A stretch of 53,694 bases of DNA, counting the filler, from Sluysia triapertura (Eukaryota), in assembly GCA_046118255.1 (NCBI GenBank). It is 4 parts of 4 records of this genome, joined end to end, with 100 filler letters (N's around TTAATTAATTAA, not from the genome) between each part and the next. Parts side by side here need not be neighbours in the genome. Positions count along the whole stretch, not along the records: positions 24,562 to 37,354 come from JBJNIA010081701.1; positions 37,455 to 53,694 come from JBJNIA010207923.1; 2 more parts are not named here. One strand, given 5' to 3'. A program made the position numbers and the translations under genes. Under the pieces are notes generated by a model. That model was not told the origin of the DNA. It worked only from the letters and a program-made list of their open reading frames with translations, and did not search any database. Below, piece after piece: positions 26,271 to 38,436 of the stretch (position 1 is the stretch's first letter; each line of letters starts with the position of its first letter).

Positions 26271-26729
26271 CATATTAATGCTTAAAACACCAAAAATGTT
26301 TGTTAAATTCTGATACTCTGTTGACATAAAGACATAATATCTGTTGAGATTAAATTAGAAACTGTCTTTTGTAGTTTTTGATTTGATGTATTGCTTGTTT
26401 TGGAAGTCATTAAATAAAATGGCTACTGCAATAAAAAATTTATTATTATGATATTAAAACTTATAATTTTTAGTTAATGTTTAAGTTAATTAATTTGACT
26501 GTACAATCAGTCGCCATCTGTTTCGGTTTCGTTGATTTTATAACAACTTTTCCAATAATTCGTTAACGATTTGTCATAATTTCATTATTTAATTTGTTAC
26601 TTTAAGTTGATTTAGCAAAAATGATTTCAAAACAACGAGTTAATGTGGAAATGACTGATACAGACATAAAATATAATGTAAAAATAATATATTTCTCTGA
26701 AATACATTAAAATCAATGAAATATATACA

Positions 26730-27590
26730 ACACAGAAACCAAGGATTTGCTGCACCATTTTATCTAACTATTGCACTCATTTACTACACATTTTAAGTAA
26801 ATTAATTATTATCAGACCATCAATTTCAATACTTTTGAAAACACTAAATACTAGATTAGGTATTTCGATATTTATAAATTCATAAATTGTCTTAATTATG
26901 ATTTCAAATTCCTTACATTCCAAAGTATGCTTCGAAACTTTAACAAGAGGCTCTTTAAAGGCTGGTAGGCGAGGCATCATTTTAAATTCTTACCATAAAA
27001 TCCTGTATTACAAAGTATTTAAATGTAAGAGTTTGACAGGTATTCATTTATTTTAATTGTAATTTCAAAACATCATTGTATATTCTCATGCATTTTTAAA
27101 AAAAATTGTGTAATTATTCAGTTCGAAAACAAGTCATTTTTAAATTATTTGCTTTAAAATAAAATGCTGTTAAAAAGCGTGTCAAAACTGAAGCAATTAG
27201 CTCAATATTCATTTCTAATGCTCTATTACAATAGCGACTATTACAGGAACCGAATATGGAACGCAGAAGTTGTAATGAATTTCGTTTGGCTAATTCTACA
27301 AATACCGCTGCAAGTAGTATATCGAATGTTCGTTGAGGAGTCACATCAAAACACATAATCAATATGAATTACAATTGACCAATAATTCTTTAAGTATAAT
27401 TTTCATTGAATTTGACCGAATCTGACCGAAAGTTTAAAACACGATTCATCATCGCTTTCAAATTTATCACCCAATCTTGATCCACTTTAAACAAACAATC
27501 AATAATTGGTTTAAGAGAACGATTGACATTAGAAAGTGAGACATACAATTAATCATCACCTTTATCAACATCTGCTATATTCAGATGTTT
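26730..27590 (-). pseudogene. UBR5/hyperplastic discs-like internal fragment
   Basis: CLFKVDQDWVINLKAMM, FDILLAAVFVEL, RALEMNIELIASVLTRF and IVR*NGAANP lie in the same order as UBR5 ERVLQDWNALKSMIM, LDTLLGTLVKEL, FLRSVARVF and PVRMGIARP (recalled). Multiple stops. Confidence 0.5.
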
Positions 27591-29029
27591 TGAAAAAAAC
27601 TGAAAAAGTGAGGATAAGAGATGTGTTACATAAGAATTTATGTTATAGTTTAGAAAACTAAATGTATTGTGCTGAATGCATTTAATGTATTTGGTTAATT
27701 GTTTACTCAATATAACGATTGTTTAAATGATTAATTTTTGTTTTATGTGGATAGGTAACTTTGATAATATTAAAGTTTGAATTAATGGGTGAACCACTAC
27801 ACAAAGTTAATTCAAAACATTTCAAGTTCACAATTCTTCAACATTCAAATCATTAATATCATTGAAAAACATTATATGTAGATTTCGACTTAATTTAAAA
27901 CATCATTATAATCAAAATGGAATTTCTTTCAATATTCTCAGTTTTTACTAATTTCTTTTTATAATTTTTATTTTTCACATTTTGTTTCAAGAAAACTGTA
28001 ATTTCAACGAAAAGAAGTAACTATAACAAGATATGTCACAAAATAATTTAAAGATTTATGTTAACAAGATGTTAAAGAAAATAATTTTATGCATTTTTAT
28101 GTAATTCAATTCATTGTCATCATTATTATTATTATTAAAACACTTTGTTTTTAAAGAAATAAACAGAACTATGTAAAATAAACAGAATTAATTAAAGAAT
28201 TAATTAATTATTTATGCATTTTAAATTTAATTAATCATTATTAAATTTAATTAATCATTATTATTCTCATTACATCATTGTTATCAGCCAACTATTCATC
28301 ATTATCATTAACTGGCTCATCAAATCCATCACTCTTTGCTGCTGTCGTAATTTGTGCTGTCAATTGTGACAGTTTTCCAATTACCATAAATTATTTACTG
28401 TCATTACTGGCAGTCACTGTTAATCAAAATCAAAACTATTGGCCAATCTTAATATTGAAGCTCTGGCATATATGCTTGTCTGTGTGTATTCGGTTGCTAG
28501 TATAGCTTGGACCATTTTATATTGAATGTATGTTCATCGTTATTTTGTATTGTGAACTTTTGTCATTGGCTGGTCAATTTTGAAAAACATGAATTCTCAT
28601 CCCATAGTCTGTCAGTTAATAGACTGTCAGTATTGGAGGTGCATCAAAACTAAAAATATTATTTGCTAATGTATATAAATAGATCACAGCCAATAGGTGA
28701 ATAAGAGAGTGCTTGTAGATACAATTTTAGTAACTACAATTTAGTGGTATGCAATAAAATTTCACAATTTTAAAAATTAGTTAAAATCAATACTCAATTT
28801 GCGTAAGTACTATTAACAAACAAGTTTATACATTGATAATTTATTGATGATCTTGATATATTTAATTAATAATTATGTATGATAAGAATATATTTTCAAC
28901 ATCTACATCATAGTTGTCCACTTCAACCACTTCAGATCAGCTTAAACAAACCGTAAAATTACATGAAAGATTATCTACTAACATGAGAGATCAGAGGCTT
29001 GCAAATTATCTCATTATTCGAAATTTATC

Positions 29030-29600
29030 AAATGATAGCAATCACTCCAAATCCAATCATAATCTCTTCATCATTTTAAATTAAAATTCGACTTTGCTCA
29101 ATATAGAGGCTTTCCTCGCATGAACTCGGTCAAACTCTACCTTCATCGGATGGACTCTTTTAAACACATATATACAAAATTACAATTTTAACATAGCATT
29201 CCTCATTCAAAAGTTATTCACACAAGCGTATTTTTTCTTAATTAAGTTAATTAAGATTATAATTAATTATTTATTTATTTTAACTTATTTTATTCGAAGT
29301 TCAAAGGTTTTATTATGGTTATAAAGTTGTTAAATACTTTATAAGGTACTCAGGAGGCTGTAAGTGTTTTCACCTTCACCATTCTGATTCATTTTTCTAC
29401 GTTTTATTTAATTAATAATGTATCAAATTTCTCTTTAATATCATTAACCATAATTTTAATCTTTCAACATTTTAAAGATTGCAAATTTTTACAAGGTTAT
29501 TCGAAAGTCTCAACAGTTTATTAAGGTCTAAAGAGTCTTAAAAGATTTAAAGGTTCACAGGTTCACAGGTATCTTCATAATTCAAGACATATTTCCAGAC
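29030..29600 (-). mobile_element. Internal fragment of the 1.6-kb TG...CA family
   Basis: GACTTTGCTCA...AGGCTTTCCT...GAACTCGGTCAAA...TAGCATTC...AAAGTTATTCAC matches 11045-11165. Confidence 0.8.
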
Positions 29601-29959
29601 CTTACTTAAATCTTCGTAAGTCTTCATCACTAGCGTTTTTCATGTATACGTAAGATTAACTTGCCCTCAGTTAATCAACTTTACTAAGTGTGAAAAAATA
29701 AAGATTTATTAGTAAGGCTAAGAGAACAAATTGAAACTAAGTATAAATACTTATTAAGTAAATGCTTATTTTTTAAATCTGAAATAAAGTTGAAATTACA
29801 AGTTAAATATATCGCATAATGTATGTTACCAATGAAATTTGAATTAGCGACGACTATAACCAAATCAAACTTCAATAGTTTACGTGCATATAAATCTGAA
29901 TATAATTCTGACAATAATGATGTGTGTAATAATAATGACGATGATCTTAATATAGATAG

Positions 29960-29990
<31 letters not shown>

Positions 29991-30194
29991 ATAGATGTTA
30001 TCAGTATTGCTGTTGTTATTGTATTTAAACGGTACTGAAATTGTTGTTTTAACATATATAATAATAATAATATAGCGTAAATGATTAACTTTTAATATTA
30101 ATGGTAATTTTTCAAATTGGGCAGAAATTACTCTAATATTTTCATATATTTTAGCTGAGATAACTCAGGATGACTTAACAATAATTAACTCAAG

Positions 30195-30259
<65 letters not shown>

Positions 30260-30589
30260 CTGCAGCAGTAAAAATAGTTTTTCATTCTCCAATCATCTTT
30301 GAGTTTAATAACTAATTTGACTATTGTATGAAAAGTTAGCCAACAATGACAATTCTAACAATTACATATTTTGTTTGCAAGGAACCTAATCGGAACCATT
30401 TACAAGAAGATAAAAAAGAACGTCATGAATGCCAAGGATAAAATGGATTAATGTTAAGTGAAGAAGCATGCGACGATAATAATACTGACTATTGTGTGAG
30501 CATTAATTAAAATGAGTGCCACTAGTCATAATATACTCAATTTTCAATTTTGACACAAACGAATGAAGCTTACTATTACATATATCGTC

Positions 30590-30754
30590 TGTTAGACTTC
30601 ACAAAATGGACTAACCAGGAATAGAACTCGGGCCATCTCGATGCACAGTTCGATACTCTACCAGTGAGCCATCATCCCCGTCTAACAATTATAGTTTTAT
30701 TATAGTCAATTATACTATCATTATTATGTGGCTCTTTAGGCATGTATCGCAACA
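30590..30754 (-). mobile_element. Full-length tRNA-Ala mini-element copy
   Basis: TGTTAGACTTC...GCAACA; the whole element aligns to 20522-20679. Confidence 0.85.
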
Positions 30755-30760
30755 TATCTA

Positions 30761-31206
30761 CAGTGGTGGCCAAATTATTAGACACAGATCGACCGAATAG
30801 AAACTGGATGTTTCACAGTTTCTATGACTCAATCAAGGTGAAACTCTTCATTAGGTCTCCTTCTTACAAAGGTGGTCTTGTCATCCAACACGACTCGACA
30901 CTAAAACACACTTGACTCTAGCCAACATTTTACTGATCATCTCTGATGTCAACTTAGCCTTTCTCTGGCTCATCTCGCTCGTAAACCATTGTCTCCTTCT
31001 GACTATTCTGGCACTAACGTGAATTCTGTAGTCATACTAGTAACTGTACGATTTATCGTAGAAAGTTTCACCAATTATCTCTCTGATTTAGAACATAGCA
31101 ATATTATTTATATCATTTTGTATATTACACATTCAACATTGAGCAAACATTAAGAAAATCAAAAAAACATTTTTTCTGTGTTAGTCTAATAATTCAGCCG
31201 CCACAG
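30761..31206 (-). mobile_element. Non-autonomous Tc1-like element with TIRs
   Basis: TA|CAGTGGTGGCCAAATTATTAGAC...GTCTAATAATTCAGCCGCCACAG|TA, with internal transposase remnant [26 protein letters not shown]. Confidence 0.9.
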
Positions 31207-32160
31207 TATACAGATTGATTTTCACAAGTTATCGTCATCTTCGAATTCTACTCAGAATATTATCATAGTTCTTTTATGAAACATGCCAACGATTTATTAT
31301 TAATGACGCTATGACGTTTTTTAGTTTATTAATACTTCACTTATTATTATTATTGTAAACTTATTTTTATTATAATACTCATATAATGATCTGAGCATAT
31401 TTAAAATCACTTTCCAAGTGGACAATTATCATTACCTTCATTATCATTGTTACCGTAGCTCCTTCACTAAGGTGTGTTAAAAAAATTTCAAATCAATTAA
31501 AATCAGAATATATTAAAAGGATCAATACACACATATATATAATGATAATAATAATAAAGGAAAATGTATCAATTATAAAGCATTAGTCATTTGTATAAAA
31601 ATAGAGGCGATATAAAATTAAGCGAAAAATACATTTTTTACATTTACAAATTACTCACAATTGTCAACAAAATAACAATTACATAATAATAATAATGATT
31701 ATATTAATACTGTAATTTATAAATTACACATCTATTACATGGAAAATGCTTATAGTAAAGTTAATGTTAACCATGTTACCGAGATAAAGAATTAAAGCTT
31801 TAATTTCAGATTAAGTAAAATAGAATATTGTGTAAATATTTTAAATAGACTTCACAACTCTCAAGAAATATAAGAAAATCATTACGGTACAACATATATA
31901 ATTGAACTTGTCACAACTCAACCTAGAATCGTAATCAACAAATTGTATATCCGAAACTAATTAAATATTCGAATTGCACAACAATTCTCTGTTCACACAT
32001 TAGTTAAAAAATATAAAAGACGCGCCACAGTAACAAATAGAACTCATCAGGAACATTGTGTTTTAAACTTGTAAAGATTGTACTATGTTAAATCATTTTA
32101 AAGCTAAAATTTCAATATTAAATTCGTTTCCGGTTTTTATTAAAGCTCACAATAATAATA

Positions 32161-32209
<49 letters not shown>

Positions 32210-32892
32210 TAACATCTAAAAGTAGGTGTGACAAAAAACAAAAATTAAAAATCAAAGATCTATATTATTAAATGAATTTGCTTTTTTGATAGGTTGATTT
32301 TTAGCCAATCATAATTGTCATATATTTTATAATATATGTGCATGCATTCACTTATTCAATTAATAGAGAGACAATTAAATGGATTGTTAAAAGCTATCAT
32401 AAGGTAGTAATAATAATAAAAATAAAATGATGAGAATAATTGTCAATATGATTACAAAGATGACAATTGCTGAACATAAAAATTTGTGTGTGTCTATGTT
32501 AATTACTGGACTTGCACAATGTTTGAATTCATTTAAAACACGAAATATGTCTTCATTTTTTAATCTTATAGAAAATTAATTTAATTTTTTAATTTTACAC
32601 CAATAACTAGTTAATTATTTGATTAATTTGAAAATAAAATACATTAAATATGTGAAACAATATTACAAAATGAGATTTTATTTAATGAAACTTTTAACCA
32701 ATAAATTATTAATACAATTCAAAAAATATATTCAATAACATAGACCCTTAGGAGATTAAAATTTTTTACAATATTAATGTTAAAAAATGCAAAAAAATAT
32801 TATCTGAGTATTTTAAGCAATCAGTGTAATAGTTTAAGTTCATTGGTTTATAAACAAACCAATAAATTTATCGAGATTTATTCAACATTTTA

Positions 32893-33651
32893 TTAGTAAT
32901 AAGGTAAATCATTATTGACATTTTCAATATTTGAAAAGGTATTCGACAAATTATTATTATCATTATCATTATTATTATCATTATCATCTTCATTGTACAA
33001 GTTTTGTTTTTGATAGCCGCCATGTTTATTAATTCGTTCAGGCTCTGATTTACAGCTACCGTTGTTACTGATATTACCAGCACTGTTACTATTGCTAGGC
33101 AACGAACCATTATCTTCTTGTTCAAAAACATCATTTGAATCTAAAGAATCTCGATGTGCTTCAAGAACGGTAATGGTAGCTGCAGAAAAAAGCTCAGAAC
33201 GCTTCACATTGTCCGAATTAAAAATTGATGGTGTCATGAAATTATTCGAATCATCTAGTGGACTATCTAATATATGTAAAGACGAATTATTGCCGTATTT
33301 CGAAAGAAATTTTGTCGAATCAGGTTCAGTATCTTTGAGTACCTAAAAATAGATTTATTATTATTGTAATTTTCAACAAACTTCATCTTCCAATACAGGA
33401 CACAGTTGTGGTTTCTGTAATAGTCCGGTACCTGAAGTAATGGAATCATCAGCCCACTTCGGAAATGCATGGTGATTCATTTTAATTTGAGTCCGACACA
33501 TGGGACACTGTGTCAGTCGATTAGCACAACTCTCACAACATACGATATGAAGACAGGGGATAAAGACACAATTGATATTGTTTTCATAACAAACAATACA
33601 TTTTACCAAGTTACGTAAATATTCCAATTCTCGATGCATTTCTTTCACATC
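32893..33651 (-). CDS. C3HC4 RING E3 ligase (IAP/MYLIP-type RING), last two exons 33651-33381 and 33342-32893
   Basis: CIVCYENNINCVFIPCLHIVCCESCANRLTQCPMCR. A 38-nt GT-AG intron joins it in frame to a Ser/Asn-rich tail. Upstream exons not identified. Confidence 0.8.
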
Positions 33652-33663
33652 CTTAAAATAGAT

Positions 33664-33744
<81 letters not shown>

Positions 33745-34180
33745 AACATGATTTATAATAATCTAAATTAAGTAATAAAAGAATAATATTAATAGTTTAT
33801 TAATGTTAACAATATTTTAAACGCCTTAATTAGTTATTTATAGAACATAACGCTCGTTGGTGCATTATTGCTCGTGTAGTGAAATAAGAATCATTGTCGA
33901 GTTAATAAGAAATAACAATAATCAGTTGTTTTTACTATCAAATGTAATCATCCTAGAAGTCTAGGATTATTCAATATCCATAATAATAGGGTGCATACTA
34001 ACATCTATATGGGTGCCTTCCGTCAATATATCCTATCAGAATTTAATCTCCTTGAGTCCTAATTTATTTGAACTTTTTTTAGCATATTGAACGTATTTAA
34101 TTTCACATTATTATCATGAATAAAAATAGAAAATATAGTTTTATTCAGAAAACAAATAAATGAATAAACAAGATTGATTA

Positions 34181-34243
34181 CAGCGGTGGCTAGATTATTA
34201 GACTAAAACCGGAAAAAATATTTGGTTTTCTTAATATTTGCTA
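34181..34243 (+). mobile_element. Tc1-like TIR end (family of 30761)
   Basis: TA|CAGCGGTGGCTAGATTATTAGACTAAAACCGGAAAAAA...GGTTTTCTTAATATTTGCT. Confidence 0.8.
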
Positions 34244-34820
34244 CCCTAGCCTGGAAACTCTGTGAGAGACTCTGGATAAGGTCTGTATGGGTTGAGACCA
34301 ATGTCAAGCAAGATACAGTGGAGTGAGGTAGATCTCTGGCGGATAGATTTTTTAGGAGAATGAATTGCAGCTGCCGCTATATCCCTGTTTTCAGGTGAAC
34401 GAACTGTTTTCGGACGACCTTATTTAGGAGCATTTAATACACTTCCACTTACTTCAAATTTGGATACAAGATTGAACATTGTTGACTTACTTGGTACAAG
34501 TTTATTTCCCATCTTTTTTCAACATGCTTGTAACTAGTCCTTGCATATAGTAATTCTTAATGATGAAGATACGTTCGTTTAAATCTAAAATCCTTTGCTG
34601 CATTTTTAAGAATGAGGGTCCAGAAGTGCACACTGAACAAAAATCAAGAAATGACGTTTGAACAAAATCAATAAGATCACCCAACAAAAGTTATTCGCAG
34701 AAAGAAATGAATAGTAGCAAAGCTAACATAAAGTGACACAAAAGAATAAATTACATTTGCCCTTTTTTGATATCTAATTTTTATTTAAGTTTGGTGTTCG
34801 GTTACCCTGTGTATACTGTA
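34244..34820 (-). mobile_element. Tc1/mariner (DUF4817-type HTH) transposase 5' remnant
   Basis: MQQRILDLNERIFIIKNYY...VPSKSTMFNLVSKFEVSGSVLNAPK*GRPKTVRSPEN...SPKKSIRQRS, with a possible CAGGGT terminus near 34818. Confidence 0.8.
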
Positions 34821-36612
34821 AAACTTCTTTTAGTTCCCCTGGGAAAATACGCATTTCCTCATAAATTTCAAAAAGTTTATATTATTATAAATTTCCTTCA
34901 ATAAAGATATAAACCAAGCATCAATTATTTTTTATTCATCGAGAATGTCAGATTCCGTTCCCTCTGATTCGGTTACAGCTGCAGGAACAACTTCATTTTG
35001 AACCAGAGTTAAAAACTTTGGATTTGTTTTTCGGGTCCTCGAAAGCATCGAGGAAGGATGATAAAAAATTGTTTCAACATGTTTCTTGTTAATACCATCT
35101 CGAGATGCTTAAACCACTCGCCCAATGTTTCATTTGAGGGAGGTTTAATTCGGGAGGTTCTTTCAACATCAGTTGAATTCAGCCAGCGAGTCGAACTTTC
35201 CCGGATTTTGAATGTTCAAATAAAATGTTCCGTATTTTGAATTTATTTAAAAAACGTTCTGTATTTTAAATTTTCTCTAAAATAAGAATTTGAGGATGCT
35301 TATTTTTAAAAAAAGGGAGGTGGGGAATTGGTAGATGTTTCATAATCGCAATAATGATAATTAAACTGTTTATCTTTAATATTATTTAATAATAAATTTT
35401 ATTTTTTTTCTGTCTGATTAATCACTTTAAATCGATAATTTTATCCAATGACACAAATAAATGAATTTGAAACAATTAATTCTAAAAGGAACAACTTGAT
35501 TATTGTTGTATTCGCAGTAGTTTTGGAGTACATTAAGAAATAATTGGTCACATAATTGAAATTAATTATAGGTACAACTTAAGTAGAAAAAAATTAGAGA
35601 ATGTCACCATATTCATTATTCTGAACAAGTCTTTCGCTATCTGATTCAACAAAACTGCAACTATGATTAATCTTGAAATGAAAAAGGGCAATGTCCGACT
35701 GATACTAGTTTAAACCGAATACAAAGGATCAAATAGAATATTTTTCACTTACGTAATATTGAAAGGACCTATTGTGGAACGCTTTACATCATTTATTGAT
35801 CATTATCGATTTACAGTTCATTATTATCATCATTTTAAATCTCTTATCAATTTATACAGTTGATGTCTTCCAACCTAGCTCGAGTAATGAATCGATTTCC
35901 ACAGTAGTTTTATTAGTTAAGCTCCTAATAACAATTTGATTCTATTTTTTTATATGGTTATTAAATTATTAACCAAAATAATGGATAGGCTTCTCTGAAT
36001 TCGCATTGTATAAATGGGAGGTTCTTCGTATTTAAATTTGAAATTCCAACACCAACTGTTTAGGTAGGAATCATATAACTCCATTCATTGGATTAAGTCG
36101 TTGAATTCCACAATTTTTGAATACTCGTAGTGGATAAATCCATAAACCACCGCACTTCCTACATTAAAACTCACCACCCACATAAGTACTTATAATACAA
36201 TCTCGGTTTAACTCATTAAATACTTTATTCATACATTCATCGAACATCTTTCAAATTTTACTTCAAGTTTTGAATTCACTTTCAACGAAAATTTATCGAA
36301 CTACGAACTATTAACATTAGAGACTAGGATATCCAAGCATATAAATTTTAATTTAAATTACATTACATTAATATATGTTTATATCTTTTATACATTTTAA
36401 ATGTTACTTATTTTTGTATGCATAAATTTTATAAAAATAATGTTTACCAAGTTTATTTAGTTGATTATCCATATTATATTAATATTATCGAAGCTAATGA
36501 AATAAAAAGATTATCCATAACCATAGCTATACAAATTATTAAAGATTTCAAAATCAATCTAGATTCATCACTTTACTTAGAATTTTCGTATTTAAATCTT
36601 CATCATCCTGCA

Positions 36613-36734
36613 CCATCTCGCTGCGCAGTTCGATGCTCTACTCACTGAGCTATCAGCCCCGTCTGACAACTTTATTTTATTATAGTCAATTATATTATAA
36701 TTATTGTGTGGCATTTTGGACCTCTATCCCAACA
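36613..36734 (-). mobile_element. tRNA-Ala mini-element, 5' part
   Basis: Reverse complement TGTTGGGATAG...GACGGGGCTGATAGCTCAGTGAGTAGAGCATCGAACTGCGCAGCGAGA. Confidence 0.85.
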
Positions 36735-36744
36735 TATCTCACCC

Positions 36745-36782
36745 GATTTATAAGATGTTTGACCTCAAACATCTTATAAATC
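36745..36782. repeat. Perfect 18-bp inverted repeat with a 2-nt loop
   Basis: GATTTATAAGATGTTTGA-CC-TCAAACATCTTATAAATC. Confidence 0.95.
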
Positions 36783-36828
36783 ATTTAATTCAACATCAGA
36801 AGGGTATTCGATGTGTGGCTTCATTATA

Positions 36829-36893
36829 TGTTAGACTTTATAAAAGGACTGACCGGGATTCGAACCCGGGATCTCTCGCTGCACAGTTCGATG
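36829..36893 (-). mobile_element. tRNA-Ala mini-element, 3' part
   Basis: Reverse complement CATCGAACTGTGCAGCGAGAGATCCCGGGTTCGAATCCCGGTCAGTCCTTTTATAAAGTCTAACA. Confidence 0.85.
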
Positions 36894-37282
36894 ATGAATA
36901 ATGATGAAGAAAACTTTTATAAAGTATAAAAATATATAAATAATCAAAGATAATAAAAAATGAGATCAAGACAATGTTAATTTGTACAATTCAAAGTTAA
37001 TGCCACCGGATCTTGGTTGAATTGATTAGAATTGTCTGAATTATCTGGATTGGCCCATTGTGACGTGGAGGCTTCCAGGTTGTGAAGAGAGAAATATTTG
37101 AAATGAGGAAATTATTAGTGAGGAAGAAGAAGAAAGAGTTAAAAAATTAAAAGTGAAAGTAGACCAGAACATGAATAAACAGAAGAGAAGATGGAGTTAT
37201 TCTCATCATTTGATAAATTTCATTATTTATTTTTTAGATAACCAGATGTCAAGTTAGATTAGAATATTGTTTTATTATTATC

Positions 37283-37354
<72 letters not shown>

Positions 37355-38436
37355 NNNNNNNNNNNNNNNNNNNNNNNNNNNNNNNNNNNNNNNNNNNNTT
37401 AATTAATTAANNNNNNNNNNNNNNNNNNNNNNNNNNNNNNNNNNNNNNNNNNNNGGTTCAATTTAAGAACCTAATCAAAATCATTAACTGGTTCAAAGTA
37501 AGAACCATATTAAAATCTTCATAAAATAAAATCTTTTAATAATAAAATCATCCAATTAATAAATACTGAGACGTAGGAAACTCTTTAATATTACACCTCT
37601 AATTGTCTTAATTAGCTCTGCTCATTGGCCCTAACAGGTAAGACCAATACGTTGGTGAATTCACGATAAAATTAAATTAAGTTATTATGTCACTCTCTCA
37701 TACTTTTCTTACAATTAATTAATTTTTCTTTAACCGATCTTATTATATATCTGACGTAAAATCTCCATTAAAATATTATTGACTCAGGTATTAATTTCAT
37801 TTAATTCCTCGTAAACTACCATATTTTTTATATTGTGAATTCCTTTATTTTTTGTATTTAATAAAATTTTAAGTAATTGTTAAAAAATTTCATAGTTTCA
37901 AATATAAAATCTGTAGAAAAAAACGATTTTCAACGATTCAAATTTAATTCTAATCTCTCAAAATTATTTCATATATCTTTTTCATAAGATCATCGTAAAT
38001 TACTTAATAAACGATTTATTTAATTGCTTTAATCAATTTGAACACCTAATATCAAAGATTATTTGCATACCTCCAGATCTTACTAAAATCGAAAAATCAA
38101 TAATAGCAAAATCACACATACTTTAGACAGTTTATACACGCTTAGATAGCATCGATACTTCCCGAATTAAATTGAAAATAACAGTTAAGTTATTAAGCAA
38201 AGAATACCCTAGCAAAATTACACATACTTTAGACAATCCTTTCTAACCTTTACTTTAAAATCTTTTATCCACAAATCCAACGGCTAAACCTAACTGATAA
38301 GCCTAGTACGTTGCTGAACTCACGTTAAGATTCTTGATTCATAATCAAGAAAGATTATAACCTATTAATATTAAATTTTTACTATAATTTCAAAAAGTAC
38401 GAATAAATTATTTAAAATCATAAATAATAAAAATAC

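Noticed and set aside
29684-30055. ORFs with poly-Asp and poly-Ser tracts
   Set aside because: Explained by a (GAT)n microsatellite; no recognisable domain.
34930-35220. GC-richer minus-strand frame (TLGEWFKHLEMVL), possibly Gypsy gag or an upstream exon of the RING gene
   Set aside because: Similarity too weak and frames broken; cannot be assigned without a search.
37000-37354. Possible RTE LINE 3' end (NEEII...KRRWSYSHH followed by an ATT tail)
   Set aside because: Motif match too short and degenerate to support a call.
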